A DNA stretch of 14,991 bases. Source: Candidatus Micrarchaeia archaeon (GTDB lineage Archaea; Micrarchaeota; Micrarchaeia; Micrarchaeales; Micrarchaeaceae). The number at the start of each line of letters is the position of its first letter. Positions within the stretch are counted from its first letter, which is position 1. The stretch covers positions 1 through 14,991 of the forward strand of contig JBMFWY010000017.1 in the NCBI GenBank assembly GCA_049964795.1. Reading direction: 5' to 3'. The notes beneath the pieces were generated by a model. That model worked only from the letters and a program-made list of their open reading frames with translations. It searched no databases and was not told where the DNA came from. Both the position numbers and the translations under genes were made by a program. This document shows, one piece after another, positions 1 through 7,683 of the stretch.

Positions 1-132
1 GGCTCTTACACGATGTCCCAAGGCAGCATCAAATACGCAATCGTAAAAAGCGATAGTGCTGATGACGTAATTAAAAACAAGGAGTACACAGAAGTAATAG
101 ATCAGCTTCCGGAAAACATGTTCGCAAAATAA
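1..132 (+). CDS. 3' end of a gene running in from the left edge (hypothetical protein, partial)
   Basis: Frame 1 is open from base 1: GSYTMSQGSIKYAIVKSDSADDVIKNKEYTEVIDQLPENMFAK, then TAA at 130-132. Composition is protein-like and an AT-rich intergenic tract follows. Family not recognised. Confidence 0.6.
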   Translation, partial: GSYTMSQGSIKYAIVKSDSADDVIKNKEYTEVIDQLPENMFAK

Positions 133-218
133 GTCGCGGTTTCATTTATTAGGCCTTTCAGGTTGCTCTGCTTGCATATATAATTTTTATTCAAAATTCA
201 GATCAAAAATATGTGATA

Positions 219-857
219 TCAAGAAGTAACCAAGGTTCTTGTTTGATATCTGCCCCTTCTTTCTATCTTATGCATTCTCGCAATTACTTCTTTTGCTTCA
301 TTGCCTAACATTTTTGCATAGCTTTTTTCAAAAATGTCATATTGCTTCCTGCTTACGGATCTTTTCATTAGTAGCAAATCAAGGGCTCTTTCTTCCTCAG
401 ATTTTGAAAATTCAGCAAGACCAAAATCTATAACCCAGATCTTGCCTCCTTTGTCAATAAGTATGTTTGCAGGTGTGAAGTCTCCATGTACAATTCCATG
501 CAAGTGGATTAATCCCAATTGCTCCCCTGCCTTTTTCATGGCCCCTACAAGAATGTTGCCATCTTCGCCTGCGTTTTTTAAATCAGCAATAGTTTTGCCA
601 AGGTTGTTGCCTTCTATATAGCCCATAGCAATCCAGTATTTGCCTACAATCGCTATCGGAGGCACGTTCAGTCCTTCTCGATACAAGAAAGCCTGGATTT
701 TTGCTTCTATTTTTGTCCTTTGCTTTCTTACCAATTCGTCAAGCTCTTTTACCCTATACTTCTTGTTTTCCCTATATTTTACTATGATGCTGTTTCCAAT
801 GAGCCTACTCTCATATATAATGGACTCTGCGCCTTCTGATATCTTTTTCATGTTCAT
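219..857 (-). CDS. bud32: KEOPS complex kinase/ATPase Bud32 (PRPK/piD261 family)
   Basis: Motifs EGAES, VKYRENKKYR, RTKIEAK, catalytic HGDFTPANIL, VIDFGL and C-terminal RRGRY. AGAGGT RBS upstream. Lies directly downstream of kae1. Confidence 0.95.
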   Translation of the reverse strand: MNMKKISEGAESIIYESRLIGNSIIVKYRENKKYRVKELDELVRKQRTKIEAKIQAFLYREGLNVPPIAIVGKYWIAMGYIEGNNLGKTIADLKNAGEDGNILVGAMKKAGEQLGLIHLHGIVHGDFTPANILIDKGGKIWVIDFGLAEFSKSEEERALDLLLMKRSVSRKQYDIFEKSYAKMLGNEAKEVIARMHKIERRGRYQTRTLVTS

Positions 858-872
858 TTTTAGCTACCTCTA

Positions 873-1856
873 TCAAATCCATGCCAGCTTGAAGCTGTCT
901 ATCCTATACCTTTGGTTTATCGTAGGCTTTTCTATACTAATATTTTCCCTATTTTTGTGCATTTTTTCTGCTACAACGGCTATCATCGCCCCATTGTCTG
1001 CATTGAATTCGTTTGGAGCTACATAAAACTTTTTACGATGTGAAGATGCAACCAGCTTTAGCATTTGGTCAAGCCTTTCGCTTTGGGCAACGCCGCCACA
1101 TGCTATCAGCTCTTTTTTTTGCGTAAGCATAAGTGCCCTCTCTGTCGCTTCGCAAAGCATGGAAAACGCAGTCTCTTGCAAGGAAAATGCAACATCCTCT
1201 GTGCTCTTTCCTTCTTTAAGTTGGCTTACTGCATTGGTAAGCAAGCCAGTAAATGTAAAATCCATGCCTTTTACTGTGTAGGGCATCTTCACATACTTGC
1301 CATTTTCTGCAACTTTTGCTACTGTTGAGCCCCACGCAGGGTTTAAACCTGCTTCCCTTGCAAAGGAGTCAAGCATGTTGCCAACGCCTATGTCAAAGGT
1401 TTCTCCGTAGACATGGTAATGCGGATAGGGTTTCATTTCAATTCCTAATATCTGCGAGTTCCCCCCGCTTACATAAAGCACAAGCGGATCATTTATGCCG
1501 TAAATATGCTTTGTTATCTCTATATGCCCTACAGCATGGTTTACTGGATAAACTGGCTTGCCTATAGATGTGGCAAGAGCAATTGCAGACAATTGGCCAA
1601 TCCTCAAGCACGGACCTATTCCAGGTCCTTTGGTATACCCTACAGCATCTATCTCTGACGCATTTATCCCTGCCTCCTCCATCGCTTTTCTTATCATTTT
1701 TGCGGCATGCTTCTGATGGAAATCAGCTACCTTCATTGGTATGATGCCTTTGTTTGATATTGGATACATTGACTTGACGTTTGCAATGATTCTTCCATCT
1801 TCTACTATCCCAACTCCAAACGTATGGGCGCTGCTTTCTATGCCTATTGTTATCAT
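873..1856 (-). CDS. kae1: tRNA N6-adenosine threonylcarbamoyltransferase Kae1 (KEOPS; TsaD/OSGEP family)
   Basis: Motifs GIESSAHT, GPGIGPCL, metal-binding VNHAVGH, LYVSGGNSQ, GETFDIGVGNMLDSFAR, PYTVKGMD, GGVA, DNGAMIA, and the archaeal/eukaryal C-terminal QRYRID. Confidence 0.97.
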   Translation of the reverse strand: MITIGIESSAHTFGVGIVEDGRIIANVKSMYPISNKGIIPMKVADFHQKHAAKMIRKAMEEAGINASEIDAVGYTKGPGIGPCLRIGQLSAIALATSIGKPVYPVNHAVGHIEITKHIYGINDPLVLYVSGGNSQILGIEMKPYPHYHVYGETFDIGVGNMLDSFAREAGLNPAWGSTVAKVAENGKYVKMPYTVKGMDFTFTGLLTNAVSQLKEGKSTEDVAFSLQETAFSMLCEATERALMLTQKKELIACGGVAQSERLDQMLKLVASSHRKKFYVAPNEFNADNGAMIAVVAEKMHKNRENISIEKPTINQRYRIDSFKLAWI

Positions 1857-1908
1857 ATCGTTACCTGTTCTCTCTTGAGATTTGAGTACATTGAATTTGC
1901 AAAAGGCT

Positions 1909-1963
1909 GTAAAAACTGTAAATGCCTACTCTGTTTTTACGTTGTAAAAATAAAAATGTTTAT
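1909..1963 (+). promoter_or_regulatory. Divergent intergenic region with inverted repeats next to a BRE/TATA-like element for the surface-protein gene
   Basis: GTAAAAAC (1909-1916) and GTTTTTAC (1933-1940) form an inverted pair. TTTTTAC-GTT-GTAAAAA (1934-1950) is a perfect 7-3-7 palindrome. AAAAATGTTTATT follows, about 25 nt before ATG 1987. Confidence 0.4.
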
Positions 1964-1986
1964 TCCTAACCTCAATATATGACTGT

Positions 1987-3171
1987 ATGGAATGTGCAAT
2001 GGCGTTTTTAATGAAGCAGCATTATCAACGCGTGCTTTATCTGCTGCTTTTTGCGGCAATCGTCGGCTTCTTGCAGCTTGGGTACGCTAGTCCGCAAGGC
2101 ATAGGCGTATCCCAAATAATTTTTTCAAACACGGTAGTTTCCGCAAGCCAGGGCTCATCTTCAAGTTTTTACTACATGGTAAAGCTCTTCAGCGGCACCA
2201 CATGGGGCACTTCCTTAAGTGTTTTAAACTCACAAAATCTATCTTCGAGCGGTATTTCAATAAAGCTTTCGCAGTCCTATGGCGATCCAACCTATTCCGG
2301 TATTGCAACGGTAACAGTAGCACCTTACACAACGCCCGGAAATTATTCTGCAGTATTCCAGGCAAATGGCGATGATCCTTCTCCTGCTGCTACTTTGACA
2401 ATAAGGGTGCTCGGCTCCGCAGGCAATGCTTCTTCGACAGGTTCCTCATCTGCGAGTTCGCCATCTGCAGCGATGCCAACGTTCAAAATAATATCTGCGG
2501 CGTCTAAAGTCGTAAATGCAAGCACTGGGGCAAGCTTGAGCGTGCAATCCGGCACGATCAAAGCTGTTATAAAGCCTGGAACTTATGTGCTTGTCAATGG
2601 AATAAAGGAAAGCACCTACAATTTTTCACTAATCGCCTTTTCAATAGCCAATGTCACAAGCCCTCCAAACACAAGCCTAATGCCTGGAGAGGCATACGCA
2701 TTTGCAGTAAATGGAAAGATTACTCCATCAATATCCTTCGTTAACGCCAGCGGTGCAGACGAGCCTATAATAAGCTATGTTATAGCAGGCCCAAATACCA
2801 CCTCGTGGACATGGTTCGGCGGAAATTATTCAAACGGCACATATAAAGGTGGTTCTTACAAGTTTGCAGATACTTGGCTGCACTACAATTCTACAGCAAT
2901 GGTAAACAAAGCTTTCTTCAAGCCAGTGCTTTGGGTTTTTGAATCGCCTGCTCCGTCAACAAGCACCCCAACCTCTACGCATTCTCCCTCAAACACAAGC
3001 GCGCCTTCAAATGCTACTACAATAGTCCCTTCTTCATCCAAAACTCCTAGTGCCGCAAGTCCCAGCAGCTCGGCAAGCACTTACATTTACGTTGCGGCAG
3101 CAGTTGTGATAATAATAATTATAGCTGGAGGTATAGTCCTAAGATCAAAGGGAAGACAAAAAGCTGCATGA
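1987..3171 (+). CDS. Secreted, C-terminally membrane-anchored Ser/Thr/Pro-rich surface (glyco)protein with two beta-rich domains
   Basis: N-terminal signal-like hydrophobic segment (VLYLLLFAAIVGFLQLGYA), two S/T/P linkers, many N-x-S/T sequons (NLS, NYS, NAS, NFS, NVT, NTS, NTT, NGT, NST, NAT), C-terminal TM helix (YIYVAAAVVIIIIIAGGIVL) and basic tail. True start may be 1999 or 2011. Confidence 0.85.
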   Translation: MECAMAFLMKQHYQRVLYLLLFAAIVGFLQLGYASPQGIGVSQIIFSNTVVSASQGSSSSFYYMVKLFSGTTWGTSLSVLNSQNLSSSGISIKLSQSYGDPTYSGIATVTVAPYTTPGNYSAVFQANGDDPSPAATLTIRVLGSAGNASSTGSSSASSPSAAMPTFKIISAASKVVNASTGASLSVQSGTIKAVIKPGTYVLVNGIKESTYNFSLIAFSIANVTSPPNTSLMPGEAYAFAVNGKITPSISFVNASGADEPIISYVIAGPNTTSWTWFGGNYSNGTYKGGSYKFADTWLHYNSTAMVNKAFFKPVLWVFESPAPSTSTPTSTHSPSNTSAPSNATTIVPSSSKTPSAASPSSSASTYIYVAAAVVIIIIIAGGIVLRSKGRQKAA

Positions 3172-3208
3172 GTGCAAATAGAGATGAGTCTCTCATGCTC
3201 CAAATTTC

Positions 3209-3685
3209 GTGCTATGGGTATTTTGCCTTTATCTTAAATTTTTATATTGTTTGAGCTTTGCAAGTCTGGCTTTTTATCTAACTTTTGAATTGTTGGTTTT
3301 GTGGAAGATAGTCAAAAAAGCCCTAGATTTTCAGGAAAAGGCAAGAAGCGCGTGCTTGTCATAATACCCTGCCGTGGCAACGATATAGAGCTGAGCAAAA
3401 ACCTACTCTCAATAAAGTCGCAATCCTGCAAAAATTTTGATTCCATATGCGTAGTGGATAGCCTGCACGACCCTGCAATCAAAAGCATCAAAGAAGCAGG
3501 CATGCCTTACATGCTTTCTAACAGCAGGATAGGCAAAGGAAGCGGTAAAGTAAAGGCAATAGCAACCGCCATCGATTTCTACAGCAATTACTACGCATAC
3601 GTAATTGCCGATTCGGATATGCGCGTTAATTGCCAAAGGCATGCGCAGCATACATTGGAGAGGAAGGGTATATTATCTAAGATAA
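3209..3685 (+). pseudogene. Decayed glycosyltransferase family 2 / GT21 (ceramide glucosyltransferase/HpnI-like) gene
   Basis: Frame 2 (about 3209-3319) encodes an N-terminal TM segment. Frame 1 (to about 3627) encodes VLVIIPCRGND...VVDS..DPA...SGKVKAI...YVIADSD (DxD). Frame 2 (3626-3685) then gives LIAKGMRSIHWRGRVYYLR*, a typical family C-terminus (WRGRxY). The middle of the enzyme is missing. Confidence 0.8.
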
Positions 3686-3841
3686 CTCTGCCAAATTTTT
3701 GCAGCTTCATCATTTTGGCTTTCTTCATGCTTCTAGCAAGTCATTCAAGAAGGGAAGAGCGATAGCCCAAAGCTCTGAAAAACAATTAAATACCCTTCCT
3801 GCAAAGAAAAGCTTCAATTTCTATTGCTAAAAGGTGCAAAA

Positions 3842-5125
3842 ATGAACGATGCAGATATAAATATGAATCCAGCAGCAGTGCTCGATGCGCATAAGAAGTC
3901 CCGTGGCAAGTTGGAGATGTTCCCAAAGGTGAAGGTGCAATCAAAGGCAGATCTGGCAACATATTATACGCCAGGCGTAGCTTATGTAGCGAAAGAGATA
4001 TCGCGCGACAGGTCAAAAGTATATGATTTTACTTCAAAAGGCGACACGATAGCAATAATATCAGACGGAACGCGCCTTCTTGGTTTGGGCAGCGTTGGCG
4101 CCGAGGCAAGCATGCCTGTTATGGAAATGAAAGCTTTGCTTTACAAGAAGTATGCAGGCATTGATGCGGTTCCGCTTTGCCTTAATACCACAAGCGAGGA
4201 CGAGATCGTTGCAATAGCAAAAGGCGTAGCTCCATCTTTCGGCGGCATCAACATCGAAGATATAGAATCGCCCAAATGCTTTGAGATCGTGGAAAAGCTG
4301 TCAAATACGCTTGACATACCTGTGCTGCACGATGACCAGCACGGCACTGCAATGGTAATGATGGCTGCACTTATAAACGCGGCTAAGCTCGCGGGCAAGG
4401 ACCTCAAAAGCAGCAAGATAGTGATAAATGGCGCTGGAGCCGCTGGACTCGGATTCGCAAGGATCTTGTCTAACATAGGCTTGAGGAACGTGTATGTGCT
4501 TGATACCGCAGGCTTGATCTACAAGGGCAGAAAGGAGCACATGAACCGCTTCAAGGAGGAAATTGCAAGCATAACAAATCCGGAGGCAAAGTCCGGCACT
4601 CTTGAGGAGATAGTCGAAGGCGCTTCTGTGCTAATAGGCGCTTCAACGGCAAAAGTATTTACCAAAGACATGATTGCCAAGATGGCTGATAAGCCAATAG
4701 TGTTTGCCCTAGCAAATCCAGAGCCGGAGATAAGCTACAGCGATGCGATAGAAGCAGGAGCTTTTATTGCAGCTACTGGAAGAAGCGATTCGCCAAACCA
4801 AGTCAACAACATGTTCAGCTTCCCGGCAATAATGCGCGGCCTGCTTTCAGCAAGAGTAAGGACAGTTACATACGACCTGCTTTACGAAGCCGCAAAGGCG
4901 CTTGCAAAAAGCGCGGGCAAGAACCTAAGCAAGGAGCACATACTTCCTGACGCAAGCGATAGCAAGCAAATGCTCAAGGCTGTCGAAAGCATAGCAATAG
5001 CGGTGGCGCAGAAAGGCATAGATACAGGCAATGCGAGGCTTAATGTAACTCCTCAGGAAATAAAAGAGGCTATAAGACAGAAGGCAAAAGCCTACGCAAA
5101 GATCGAGAAAAAGCTGCCCGCGTAA
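3842..5125 (+). CDS. mae: NAD(P)-dependent malic enzyme (prokaryotic short form)
   Basis: Motifs YYTPGVA, ISDGTRLLGLG, MPVME-K, FGGINIEDI, HDDQHGTA, Rossmann GAGAAG, FALANPEPEI, ATGRSDSPNQVNN. AGGTG RBS at 3832-3836 favours ATG 3842 over TTG 3824. Confidence 0.95.
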   Translation: MNDADINMNPAAVLDAHKKSRGKLEMFPKVKVQSKADLATYYTPGVAYVAKEISRDRSKVYDFTSKGDTIAIISDGTRLLGLGSVGAEASMPVMEMKALLYKKYAGIDAVPLCLNTTSEDEIVAIAKGVAPSFGGINIEDIESPKCFEIVEKLSNTLDIPVLHDDQHGTAMVMMAALINAAKLAGKDLKSSKIVINGAGAAGLGFARILSNIGLRNVYVLDTAGLIYKGRKEHMNRFKEEIASITNPEAKSGTLEEIVEGASVLIGASTAKVFTKDMIAKMADKPIVFALANPEPEISYSDAIEAGAFIAATGRSDSPNQVNNMFSFPAIMRGLLSARVRTVTYDLLYEAAKALAKSAGKNLSKEHILPDASDSKQMLKAVESIAIAVAQKGIDTGNARLNVTPQEIKEAIRQKAKAYAKIEKKLPA

Positions 5126-5148
5126 GATTTAGCGCAAAAAGGAAAGCG

Positions 5149-6063
5149 CTATTTCATTGCGCTTGTCCTCTTTGGCTTTACCCTCTTGCCAAAGAATGCG
5201 CTTCCTATCGAAAGGTATATCAGCTTTGCAGCGAGATAATTTGGAGCTTCAAGGCCTGCTATCGGCATAAGCTCTACAAAATCCATCCCTATTATCTCCT
5301 TGGATTTCGCTATTTCCTTTATCATGTCCGCAAGCTCCCTAAAACGCAAGCCGTCTGGCTCGGGCGTTCCAGTGCTTGGCATCTCGCTAGGATCAAGCAC
5401 ATCCAAATCAACGCTTATGTAAACCTTTTCCCTAGAGCTTTTTATCACTCTCTCTAAAACTTTTTTAACTCCTTGGGCCCTTATGTCGCTCATGAATATT
5501 ATGTCCTTTCCATAATTTTCCATGCTCTCTTTGTCTATGCTCCTTACACCTATGCTTATTGCGCTGCTGCATAGCTCCCTAATCCTTGCCATTACACAGG
5601 CATGGCACACCTTGGCACCCATGAATTCGTTTCTCGAATCAGAATGTGCATCGAAGTGTACAACGCTAAAAGAGTCCTTGCCAAATTTGTTAGACAAGAT
5701 TTTTACCGCGCCTATCGAAATAGTATGCTCTCCGCCTAGCATTATTGGGAATTTAGAATCTTCTAATAGGATATCAATTTCTTTCGATATCCTGTTTACC
5801 ATGCCCTCTGGCGATCCGAAGTCGGGGGCAAGCTCCTCAAGAGTGTATATTCCAAGCTTGCTTATGTCTTCTCCAAATTCCTCGCTGTATAGCTCTATGT
5901 TTCTGCTTGCTTCTACTATTGCGCGCGGCCCTTCCCTAGAGCCGGATTTGAAGCTTGCGGTAGAGTCGTAAGGCACAGGCAGGACTGCTATTTTCGCGCT
6001 TTCATAATCCTGCTCTTCAAGCCCAAACATGTTGTAAGGAGGCATTGCATTAAGCACGTGCAT
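5149..6063 (-). CDS. speB: Agmatinase (ureohydrolase/arginase family)
   Basis: Motifs PYDSTASFKSGSREGP, GGEHTIS, HFDAHSD, HACVM, SVDLDVLDP, TGTPEPDG, DFVELMP. GGTGA RBS upstream. Confidence 0.93.
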   Translation of the reverse strand: MHVLNAMPPYNMFGLEEQDYESAKIAVLPVPYDSTASFKSGSREGPRAIVEASRNIELYSEEFGEDISKLGIYTLEELAPDFGSPEGMVNRISKEIDILLEDSKFPIMLGGEHTISIGAVKILSNKFGKDSFSVVHFDAHSDSRNEFMGAKVCHACVMARIRELCSSAISIGVRSIDKESMENYGKDIIFMSDIRAQGVKKVLERVIKSSREKVYISVDLDVLDPSEMPSTGTPEPDGLRFRELADMIKEIAKSKEIIGMDFVELMPIAGLEAPNYLAAKLIYLSIGSAFFGKRVKPKRTSAMK

Positions 6064-6235
6064 AACATATCACCAATTCTTTTATTGCGCAATACTATCC
6101 TTGCTAATTATAAAAAACTTTACACTTGATTTTACTTTATGATATTTGTTTGACAGTTGTTAAATATTTGACTAGCGACGTATATGCTATCTATATTTAA
6201 AAGGATTCAAATCGAATCCATTATCGCGTGATGTA

Positions 6236-6613
6236 ATGGCAAAAGCAAATGCATCAGCTGTCTTTGTGCTGGAATTCATAGGCAGCTTGATATACCTGGG
6301 AGTAATTGCCTTGATGGGCATGAACTTCAGCGCAGTGCTAAGCGGATACGGAAGTCTTTGGACTCCATTGCTATATGGAACAGCAGTGCTTGCCTCGGTA
6401 GCGCTTTTCATAACAAGCTTCGCTAACTTCTCTCACATGGGAGACTTTCTTGCAAAGTATGCATTCTGCGAAACAGTTGCTGCAGCGTTCTCCTTGTTCA
6501 TACTGACTGCAGGAGTAGCAAGCAACTTGTGGTTTAGTTCAAGCATACTTGGCTTCATAATAGCAATGCTCGGCGCCGCATATAGCGGTCAAGGGATCCT
6601 AGGCAAGAAGTAA
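6236..6613 (+). CDS. Hypothetical membrane protein (about 4 TM helices)
   Basis: 125 aa, four hydrophobic segments, basic end. GTGA before ATG, TATA-like TATTTAAA about 35 nt upstream, T-rich tract after the stop. Confidence 0.85.
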   Translation: MAKANASAVFVLEFIGSLIYLGVIALMGMNFSAVLSGYGSLWTPLLYGTAVLASVALFITSFANFSHMGDFLAKYAFCETVAAAFSLFILTAGVASNLWFSSSILGFIIAMLGAAYSGQGILGKK

Positions 6614-6619
6614 GTCCTC

Positions 6620-6647
6620 TTTTTTATTTTTTGATTTTTAGTTTTTT
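6620..6647 (+). terminator. Oligo-T archaeal-type terminator
   Basis: Four consecutive T5-T7 runs start 7 nt after the 6613 stop. Confidence 0.55.
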
Positions 6648-6711
6648 AAAGCCGAGTCCTTAATTATTTGGCATTGAACTGGTATCTTTTATAGCTTCCT
6701 CCTTTTTTTTC

Positions 6712-6763
6712 GCTGATAATGTTATTAGCTTTTGCGCCTTTTAAATTATTAAAAATTAAGGTG
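6712..6763 (+). promoter_or_regulatory. ahpC promoter/RBS region with two AT-rich palindromes
   Basis: GCTGATAATGTTATTAGC (6712-6729, one mismatch, includes TATA-like TTATTA), TTTTAA-ATTA-TTAAAA (6739-6754), and AGGTG RBS at 6759-6763. Confidence 0.45.
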
Positions 6764-6768
6764 TTGAC

Positions 6769-7332
6769 ATGGTAAAGATAGGGGAAAAGATTCTGGATTT
6801 TGAAACGGATGCGTATGTAAATGACAACATAAGCAAAGTCAGGCTTTCCGATTATAAAGGCAAATGGGTCGTAATGATCTTTTATCCTGCAGACTTCACT
6901 TTCGTCTGCCCTACCGAATTAGAGGAGGCCGCAGAGCATTATGAAGAATTCAAAAAGCTTGGTGCAGAAGTGCTCAGTGTAAGCACTGACACGGTATACT
7001 CCCACAAGGCTTGGCACGATACCTCTCCTTCAATAAAAAAGGTGAAATATCCTATGCTTGCCGATCCCAGCGCCAAGATATGCAACGAATTTGGCACATA
7101 CCTGGAAAATGAAGGCGTGTCGTTGCGTGGCACTTTCATAATAGATCCAGACATGGTGCTAAGAGGTATGGACATACACGACAACAGCCTGGGAAGAAGC
7201 ACCAAGGAGATACTCAGGAAGCTTGAAGCTGCAATATATGTTCGCGAGCATCCGGGCGAGGTTTGCCCAGCAAGCTGGGAGCCTGGAAAAGGGACGTTGA
7301 AGCCAGGTCTTGAAATAGTAGGCAAGATATGA
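6769..7332 (+). CDS. ahpC: Typical 2-Cys peroxiredoxin, AhpC/Prx1 subfamily
   Basis: Peroxidatic motif FYPADFTFVCPTE, SVSTDTVYSHKAW, RGTFIIDP, resolving motif GEVCPASW, C-terminal TLKPGLEIVGKI; 187 aa. Confidence 0.96.
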   Translation: MVKIGEKILDFETDAYVNDNISKVRLSDYKGKWVVMIFYPADFTFVCPTELEEAAEHYEEFKKLGAEVLSVSTDTVYSHKAWHDTSPSIKKVKYPMLADPSAKICNEFGTYLENEGVSLRGTFIIDPDMVLRGMDIHDNSLGRSTKEILRKLEAAIYVREHPGEVCPASWEPGKGTLKPGLEIVGKI

Positions 7333-7386
7333 AGAAAGCGCGAAAGCGGTTTCACAATTTCAGCATTTGATTAAATGGTGTAGATA

Positions 7387-7566
7387 ATGGCAGGAAAAGC
7401 AATATCAAATCTCGCCATAGCGATGGGCGTAATCGTAATATTGGCCGATCTGTACTGGACAGCAGTTAGCTACGCAGTGCCTTTATGGCTTGCACTGGGC
7501 TTAATAATTCTTGTTGCAAGCGTAATCTGGCTTATAGCAGATATCAAAATGAGAGGAAAATCCTGA
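7387..7566 (+). CDS. Small 2-TM membrane protein (59 aa, absent from the ORF track)
   Basis: MAGKAISNLAIAMGVIVILADLYWTAVSYAVPLWLALGLIILVASVIWLIADIKMRGKS*. GGTG RBS at 7377-7380, two TM helices, basic tail. Confidence 0.8.
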   Translation: MAGKAISNLAIAMGVIVILADLYWTAVSYAVPLWLALGLIILVASVIWLIADIKMRGKS

Positions 7567-7583
7567 ATTTTATTTTGCGGATT

Positions 7584-7609
7584 TGCAGCCTTTCTGGCTG
7601 CATACTTTT
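7584..7609 (+). terminator. GC-rich hairpin plus short T run between convergent genes
   Basis: TGCAGCC-TTTCT-GGCTGCA (7584-7602) followed by TACTTTT. Confidence 0.3.
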
Positions 7610-7683
7610 GCTTTAAACTAGGATTCGCTGCCATAGCATTGTTTGCATTATTTGGCAAGCTCTTATTCTGACTCTTGATGAAG

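Noticed and set aside
855-875. kae1 and bud32 are in frame 15 nt apart, suggesting read-through to the Kae1-Bud32 fusion known in many Euryarchaeota
   Set aside because: The junction reads TGA TAG AGG TAG CTA AAA ATG: three in-frame stops plus a separate RBS. These are ordinary split genes.
2410-3080. Low-complexity S/T/P stretches as tandem DNA repeats or a CRISPR-like array
   Set aside because: Codons vary and there is no periodic nucleotide repeat. These are protein linkers, and no repeat-spacer array was seen anywhere in the window.
3301-3765. 154-aa ORF as an intact glycosyltransferase
   Set aside because: It lacks the TM anchor, and everything after DSDMRV is out-of-frame run-on. Treated as a pseudogene.
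4110-4140. Malic enzyme has MEMK in place of the usual MEGK
   Set aside because: The catalytic Tyr and Lys and the metal-binding ED/DD residues are intact; one substitution does not support a change of function.
7564-7602. UGA plus hairpin as a SECIS element served by the SelB-like gene
   Set aside because: The factor is aSelBL-like rather than true SelB, archaeal SECIS elements are normally in UTRs, there is no redox motif around the UGA, and no Sec machinery is visible.
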